From the NCBI GenBank assembly GCA_964019335.1, contig OZ025728.1, positions 378,377 to 442,376 on the forward strand: a DNA stretch of 64,000 nucleotides, written 5' to 3'. The translations under genes and the position numbers were made by a program. The notes beneath the pieces are model-generated. The model searched no databases, was not told where the DNA came from, and saw only the letters and a list, made by a program, of their open reading frames with translations. Origin of the DNA: Diplonema japonicum (lineage: Eukaryota > Protista > Euglenozoa: Diplonemea). This document shows, piece by piece, positions 56,565 to 64,000 of the stretch (its first letter is position 1; each line of letters opens with the position of its first letter).

Positions 56565-59500
56565 GTTTTTTTTTTTTTTTATATATATTCTTCTTTTTTT
56601 TTTTTTTTTCTTTTTTTTTTTTTTTCTCAAAAATAAAGGAATTCAAATCAAGCTCGATCGTGTACACCGAAGCTTGAATCATCTGTCCTTCTTTTTTTCT
56701 TTTTTCTTTCTATATGAAAGGTGAGTGAAAAATTTGAATAACACTGAGGGCGGGGGTCAGGGGCCTGGTAATGGAAAATAAGGGAAGACACTGGGGAGGG
56801 AGGTGAAAAGAAAGGATAGGAGTGAAGCCAGAGTCGAGAGATTGAGTTAGAAACAATTGCTGTCTGAAGTCGTATAACAACAGTACAGCTTCAAACTCAG
56901 GATAATTTGAGAGAAAAGTATATAAGTAAAGTTTAGTTTATAATATAATTTATAAAGGGGATTATATCTCACGGTCGGTCACAACAGGCCCTGCTGTTCC
57001 AGGAATTGTACGGTTTTCCCGGCGTCAGTTGACAGTAGGGCCTTGAGCGAAGGAAGGGAGGAACCGAAGATCTGACTTCTCTGGTCAGCTCTACCATCGT
57101 CCTGGCATTCTTTCAGGAGGTGGCTCAGCGTCTGAGGCATCGAACAAAGGTGGCATGTGACCACATCGGCCGGGGGATTGAGTAGATACCCGCTTATGAG
57201 GGGGCTCTTCCCCACTCTCAGCCTCATGATCGCAACTTCTTGTTCCCTGTTTAGCTCTTCAAACTTCTCGAAATTCCCTGCGAAAAGCTCTCGGTATGTC
57301 TCCTTGACACCCGTTTTTTTCCAGAAGAGGAGGTGGCTCGCCAGTACCTTTTTTCTCACCAGTGACTTCACGATGTCTATGCTGGTCTTCTGTTCGTGGG
57401 CAACTGCCCGGCAGGTCTCCTTCGCCTTCTTGTCCGCCATCTCGTTCCATTTGAATCCGCAGTGACTTGGTACGTACTGTATGACCACTTTGTGGCCTCT
57501 CTTTACAAGTCCCGCTACCTCGTGCCACAGTTTGTACTCGTCTGCAGAGACAGCGGACAGGTGCCCCTGGCACATCCTCCTTATTACCGACTGCGAATCA
57601 GTGCAAATAAGGACCATCTCTTGGCTCGTGCCCACTCTCTTCGAGAGGTTTGTCGCGAGGTGCAGCCCCAGCTCTATGGCCCTTTGCTCGCACCTGTAGG
57701 ATGACGTATAGGATCCACCGCTGACCCCATACGAAGCTTTTCTCTCCCCTCGCAACAGTATCGCAGCAGCTCCTCCGTTCCTGCCGTCCTTCAATGACCC
57801 GTCTGTGAAGATCATGCAGAAGGCTTTTCCGTGCTTCTCGATAAGCCGGTTCAGAGTGTCCTCTGTTGCTTTCCTTCTGACTTCACTGGTGTCCGATCTC
57901 TTCACATGTATGTCGAGGAAGGGGGCCAGTATCAGTTTACCCTCGAATCTCTGCCAAGGTGTAACTCTGTACTTCTTCTCAAAGGCATAACCTGAGAATG
58001 GTGTTGCCGCTCTCTCTGGGAGCTTGTAGGCCCTGGCTGCTTCCCTTTGTCGATCTGACCATGTTTTCTTCGGGAACAGTACCTCGTATCTGGTCAGATC
58101 CTTCAGGGGTTGTGTAGCTTGAAAGGCAGCTGTGTTCTCCTTCCTAATGATGGACTCGTACAGCAGTAAACTGTCGTGTTCGATCAGCGCATCGAGTGTC
58201 CACAAGCCAGCCTCGTTTTGTGTAGCGAATGTCTCTGATGTCGCTACACATCCTGTGATCGTTAAAGCTGCCCGGTACTGCAGCTTCTGGATTCCTTCGT
58301 GGTACGTGCCCCTCCCGCCTATCACGAAAGGTCCGTACGCCCCCAGACAGTAACGGAAAACTGGCTGTACGTACGTGAGGTAGAGTGCCCTCATTACCAC
58401 TTTCTTGCAACCCCACTTCGTCCCTGCCAGTCTTCTCAGTAGCCTGACTCTGCTTTCCGCCCTTCTCAAGACGTCTGCCGTATGTGCGGCGAAAAACATG
58501 TCTTCCTCAAACGTGACTCCGAGCAGCTTTGTTTTTTCAACTACCCTGAGCTCTTCCCCCCCCGCAAAGGTTGCCGATATCTTCCCTTTTAGGGTCCTTT
58601 GGGGATATGAGATGCCCGCTACTGGCAAGAACTCTGTCTTGTCTTTTGATATCACCATCGAGTTCCAGGAACACCAAGTCTCCACGATCCTCAGGACCCT
58701 CGACAGCTTCTCGTTCAGTTTCTCGACATCTTTCTCATGAACCACCACCGCGATGTCGTCTGCGTACATCACAGCGTCAATTCCCTCCTTTGCGAAAATC
58801 GCTGACAGGTCGTCCATATATAATGAGAAGAGGGTCGGAGCCAGGATCGTCCCCTGTGGAACCCCTCCTTTTATCTGCCTTTGTTTCCCTATCTTGCCGT
58901 CCACCTTGACGGCTGCAACCCTTTGGTCCAGGAAGGCAGCGACCCAGTTCGTTATCCTCTGCGGGTACTTGCTGTATCTCAGCTTTGCGTTCAGGCCTTT
59001 ATGCCAGACTGTATCAAAAGCCCCTTTCAGGTCAAAGAGCAGGAGACCCCCGCAGAACTCGTCTCCTCTGATGCGATCTAGTTTCGTTGTAACCTGCAAG
59101 ACGTTCTCTTCAGTGGAACGCCCCTTCCTGAAACCTGACTGCATTTTGTGAACCTTCTTTACATCGCCCACGTCTTGGTGGTAGTCGATCCTGATCTTCA
59201 CTATCCTCTCCATTGTCTTTGAAATTCCCGAGGTTAATGAGATCGGCCTGTACGATGCCGGTTCGCTCTTCAGCTTTCCTTTGCCTTTGAAGAGCGGGAC
59301 GATGTGTGTGTATTTCCAATCCGACGGAACTACACCCTTCTCCCACGACATATTGAAGAGATGTAGCATCGCGTCCAGGGCCGTTTCCCCGAGGTGCTTT
59401 AACATCTCGTTGTACACACCGTCAGGGCCTGGGGACTTCCCCTTTTTAAGTTGCCTCAGTGCGTACTTCAATTCGTCGATGCTTATATCGGGGCACTCGG

Positions 59501-61118
59501 TCCTGTTATTCCGACCACCGTTTTCCTTGGTTAGTCGTTCTACTCTTTCCAGCATTCTCTTGGTGTCCTTGTTCAGTTGCGGTGCAAATGCCTCCGCGTA
59601 GTGGTCCACCAGTGCGTCTGCCTTCTCTGTCGCTGTGGTGTGTAATCTTTCACCAGCCATCAGCGGCGCCACAGGTTCTTTGCCCTTCCTACCATCGAGC
59701 GTCTTTATCGTCCTGAAAGCATGCCCCAGGTCTTTCTTCTGTGACAATTCCTTCGTGTACTCAGCCCACGCTCTTTTCTTTCCTACGACGATTTGTTCCT
59801 GCACTTGTCGGCTGATTTCTCCGAGTCTTTCGCACTGTTCAGTCGAGGGGATGCCAATGTCTGACATTATCTCCTTTTTCAGAGCGTTCCGCTGAGCAAC
59901 TAACTGCGTTAGTTCTTCTGTCCACCACGCTTTCCCACCTCTTGCTCCACCTCTCGGTATGAAGAGCCTGGCGGCTTCTTTGATCGCGTTCGTGAACTGT
60001 TTGTTCAATTTCACGGTCACCTGTTCTCTGCAGGTGCCTTAGGGCGTGCTCAAGATAATCCCTGAAGCCAGCCCAATCCGCTTTTTTGAAGCAGAATCTC
60101 CTTTCTGTCGTCTTGACTTCAAACTTGGTTCTGATTTCGATGGACATGGGAATGTGGTCGGAACCCCATGACTCTAGGGTTGTCCAGGATGTAGATTCCA
60201 TGTCAGGTCCGCTTATAACCAAGTCTGGCGAGGATAGTGTCCCTCTTGTGTTAAGGAGTGTGGGCTTATATCTGTCGTTCCAGGGTCTCATCCCTTTATC
60301 GACCATCCACGCTGCGATTTTGCTTCCTATAGGGTCTTCTTTTTTCTTCCTTCCATCCCACAGTGGGTGATGGGCGTTGAAGTCCCCCATGATCAGGGTA
60401 TTGTCTCCAGTAGGAAGTGAGTACGGGTTGAAGTATGAGTCGATGGCAGGTCTGTCATCGCTGGGATCTGACGGTGATGTCGGTGGGAGGTAAATGTTCA
60501 CTAGGAGAATCTCTTTCTGTCCCGGTGGGTAGATCTTCACGTCCAGCCTCTCTGTCACGTCCCTGCTCTCCTTCGCTGAAACCCTGCTGGCGCTGATGCC
60601 TTCCTTCACGAGTGTCAACAAGCCGCCGCCCTTAATGGGGAATCCTCTTCTTCTCGGCCTCGTCCTGTCCCTCCGAAAGGCTTTGTACCCGTCGAACCAT
60701 CCATGCATGTCATCGTCTGATGTAAGGTGTGTCTCTTGGAGACACAGGATGTCCGGCGCCATTTCATCGATAGCCCTCTCTATTTCGGCCTTCCTAGCTC
60801 TGAGGGACCTTACGTTGAGTGAGACTATCTTGAGCCACCCGTTCCTCACCCCACCAACGGCTGGCCCCGGGTTTTGTTCGACGTCGCCGCATCTCAAGAT
60901 ATCCATCCCATGTGGTCCGGATCTTCTCTTCCTCATTGAAGCGGCCGTCGAAGGTCGGTACTGCAAGAACAACGCACTGCCTATGTGGTCACCCCTACCT
61001 TCAGGTCTTCGAAGATAGGGTTGTACGACTTGGGGGGGGCCGGCCCTAACAGACCTCTCGTCGCCACCACTAACGCCTTGTCCCCCGTGGACACCCTCGG
61101 TTGGGGCCGGCCAGGACC
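56565..61118 (-). mobile_element. Ingi/L1Tc-like non-LTR retrotransposon: 2A - APE - RT - RNase H; one frameshift near 60025
   Basis: APE (SLNVRSL, CLQETH, GGGLL, MGDFNAHH, GSDH); RT (YRPISLT, DLKGAFD, GVPQG, YADD); RNase H (FTDGS, CTDSQS, VPSHCG..NEMAD); poly(A) at about 56565-56625. Confidence 0.93.
60862..60910 (-). other. 2A-like ribosomal stop-go peptide
   Basis: MDILRCGDVEQNPGP fits D(V/I)ExNPG|P and lies just before the APE domain, as in L1Tc. Confidence 0.85.
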
Positions 61119-62380
61119 TTTTTTTTTTTTTTTTTTTTTTTTTTTCAAAATACCAATGCAGGGCCGCCATGGAGAGCAACACCTGAGAAAAGGGAAAAAA
61201 GGTGAAGGGAAACCATGGGGAAATAGGGAGGGCAAAGGACCAGGCTTCTGCAAGCAGGAGGAGCCCTGGTCCCCCACCAACCCGTGCTCTGCTTTGGGAC
61301 AGCCGAAGAGGGCTGAATTACATTATTCCCTCAGTCAAGTGAGAGAAAAACGGGGGCCTACCTTCCAGCTGGATGTCCTTCTTTGGCTGGAACCTCCGGC
61401 GGAAAGCCCCCCAGGGAGGTATTGCTCCTATTGAGCGAATCATTGGTGAGTGTGAAAAAAAAGGGGAAATGGGAAACAGTGAGAGGAAGAGGGGAAGGAA
61501 GGGAAAGGAAAGTGGGAAACACAACATTTCATCTTACACACACACGCGGGGTGATCCCTTAGCGCAACACGGGGGCCGCGGGACCGGCGTCAAGAGAGAC
61601 CGGAGGAGGGGGCGGCACGTTTGAAGGTGCAGTGACGTCTGTAGACGCCAGGGATGATGGCGAGGTGAACAGTCCGGAGCGTGACCAGGCGAGCAGGCCA
61701 GACTCAACAATGAGGTCGTAGATCTGGGTCACGCGTCTCGACAGGGAGAACGCTAGGGAGGGAGTACCAGCAGGAGTGTCGATCGCCCCCCTCCCGATCA
61801 CAGGGCACCCACCGACAACATGCTCCCTGGACATCGGCGCGTGGCAGGCTGGGCACCGGAGCACACCCTTGTGCTTCCTGTTCGGGCCAGCAGTCTGCAG
61901 GAAGCCGAAGAAGAGAGCCGAGTGACCAATCCGCAGCCGCGAGATGACCGTTTCAGCCTGTCTGGGGGGAAGCCAAGGGGGAAGTGCGCGGACCGAAGCT
62001 CGGTCGCCACCGCGTAGTTGTGGGCGAGGGATGTTATGAGCTCCGCGGACCTCCGCACCACCCACCGTCGCACCATGGCCCTCACTGATCGGTAGTCAAG
62101 GGAGGGCCTGTCCTGCTTCCGCTTCGTTCCCTCCCCGGCCAGAGCGTCAGCCTTCTCGTTCCCGTCCACCCACAGTGGGAGGGCACAAACTGGAGGACCA
62201 CCGGTGTCCCCTGCGTGCGCGCCGCGGACACCAGCCGGCTCCACGTCTGGTGGTCGAGCTTCTCCCTCTGTCGCGTTGGGCCAGCTCGCAGCTGCTCGAC
62301 GAAGGAGAGGGGGTCGGTGCAGATCGACAGCGGGGACTTCGCCAGCGAAGGGTGTGTTTTTCGGAGGGTGGCCACCATAG
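61119..62380 (-). mobile_element. 5'-truncated ingi-like element of a different family (RNase H C-half, Cys/His motif, 3' UTR, poly(A))
   Basis: ICTD, LQFVPSHCG/VDGNEKADALA, ISRLRIGH..CPAC..EHVVGGC across frameshifts; T-run 61119-61145. Confidence 0.8.
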
Positions 62381-62400
62381 CAAACCCGCCCGCCCGCAAT

Positions 62401-63732
62401 TGTCCAGGACCATCTGCGGAAGATGGGTGTTGAAGAGGTCGACCTGCAGTCAGCGGTGGTGACGGTCCCGGGGTTGTTCGAGGACGTCTCCTTTGAGAGG
62501 TACCTTGGGCTGTTGGCCCGGAAGAAGGAGGAAGACAGGGAGAGGCGGCCTGAGGTGGTTGCCACGGACCTCCCCACCCTGGAAGAGCTGAAGTGGAGCA
62601 AGAAGGACAAGAAGCGGGCCCGGGCCCGATCGGCCAGTACTGACTCGGATTGTGTGGAGGGTGGCTACATCTATCTGAAGGGTACGGGGGCGGATGGCAC
62701 CGTGGTCGAAGCCAACATATGCAGGGGTGAGCTCAAGGGGATGACCGGGCCCCAGTTCAAGTTCTTGGCGGAGCACAGGTTGATGGAAGAGCTGGGGAGC
62801 GACGACCTGGTGCGGGACATGGTCAAGGTGCGCAACAAGGAGAACTGGGCCCCGGTGAACAGTGCGGTGGCTTGGCTGCAGCTCGAGTCGGGGAGGGCAC
62901 GGGTGGGGCCCATACCCCACAAGAAGAGGTCCAAAGGCTCGCTGGCCAGATAGGCCAGCGGGGGTGTGGGGGGCTGTTCTCCCCCCCCCCGCCATAGGAA
63001 GATGTGAAACTTTTTTTTTTTTTTTTCTGAGAAAAAAAAAAGGGAAAAATAAAAGAATAGGAACAGGTGCTACAACGGCCAGGCTAGATAGAACCACTTA
63101 GATTTTTTTTTTTTTTCCTTTTTTTTTTTTTTCTTTTTGTTTTTCCTTTTTTTTTTTTTTTTTTTTTTATTTTTCTGTTTTTCTTTTTCTTTTTCTTTTT
63201 GAAGTGGAACCATCTCGGTCGACGTTTTTTTTTTTTTTTTCTTTTTTCTTTTGTGGTGATGTGTTTTTCCTGTTTTTGATTTTCTTCTTCCCCCGCTCTA
63301 TGCTTTTTCGCATGGACATTGGTCACTCTGCCCCTTTCCCCTTTTTTGATTCTCCCTCTTTCCCCCTCCTAAATTTTACCCCCTGCCCCACTCATTCCTC
63401 CCTAGTATGTTTTTGAATTTGCCTCTTCTTCTTTTAAGCCTTTTTTGAGATTTTTATTTTTGAATTTTTATCATTTGGAGTTGCTTCTTCTTCTTCCCCT
63501 CTCCCTCCCATAAAGAAAAAGAGAAACCCATGCCTTCCTCCCAGGTTGGAACTTGATTGTCTGTTTTGGAATATTTTTATTTTCTCTTAAGATTTATCGT
63601 GCCTTGTGTGTCTTTTGAAGAAAAAAAAAAAAAAAAAACATTCTCAAGTCCCCCTTTTTATTTATTTTCTCAAGTCCCCCTTTTTATTTATTTTCTCAAG
63701 TCCCCCTTTTTATTTATTTTCTCAAGTCCCCC

Positions 63733-63798
<66 letters not shown>
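62401..63798 (+). mobile_element. 5'-truncated copy of the CRE-like element with ~60-nt poly(A)
   Basis: Near-identical reverse complement of about 22600-23959; poly(A) 63738-63798. Confidence 0.92.
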
Positions 63799-63800
<2 letters not shown>

Positions 63801-64000
63801 GCAAACCCGCAAACCCGCAAACCCGCAAACCCGCAAACCCGCAAACCCGCAAACCCGCAAACCCGCAAACCCGCAAACCCGCAAACCCGCAAACCCGCAA
63901 ACCCGCAAACCCGCAAACCCGCAAACCCGCAAACCCGCAAACCCGCAAACCCGCAAACCCGCAAACCCGCAAACCCGCAAACCCGCAAACCCGCAAACCC
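63799..64000. repeat. Perfect octamer array (AAACCCGC)n, about 25 units, runs off the window
   Basis: Directly visible. Confidence 0.97.

Noticed and set aside
63714-63996. ORFs of RVCGFAGL repeats and poly-F; similar poly-K/poly-F ORFs throughout the window
   Set aside because: Translations of the octamer array and homopolymer tracts.

Overview
Eukaryotic protist DNA; features such as same-strand gene clusters, ingi/L1Tc-like and CRE-like retroelements and short GT-AG introns suggest a euglenozoan, possibly a diplonemid (inference). 1-15 kb is a compact minus-strand gene cluster: acid ceramidase/NAAA-like, PheRS alpha, UBL-BAG protein, several hypotheticals, and two tandem pairs of intron-split microproteins missing from the ORF track. 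Several introns are almost pure poly(A). 15-64 kb is repeat-rich. It holds a near-intact CRE-clade (RT + restriction-like endonuclease) retrotransposon with an unusual TM-ZnF-OTU N-terminus and a ~620-aa C-terminal extension, mosaic CpG-decayed repeats, and a tyrosinase and a GH18 chitinase behind a duplicated upstream module. It also holds a pogo-like transposon, an HDV-like ribozyme, a U2 snRNA gene, a Crypton-like tyrosine-recombinase relic and a 2A-containing ingi-like element. A second, truncated CRE copy is inserted at the edge of a perfect (AAACCCGC)n array that runs off the window. All calls are by eye; homopolymer lengths and several frameshifts may be sequencing errors.
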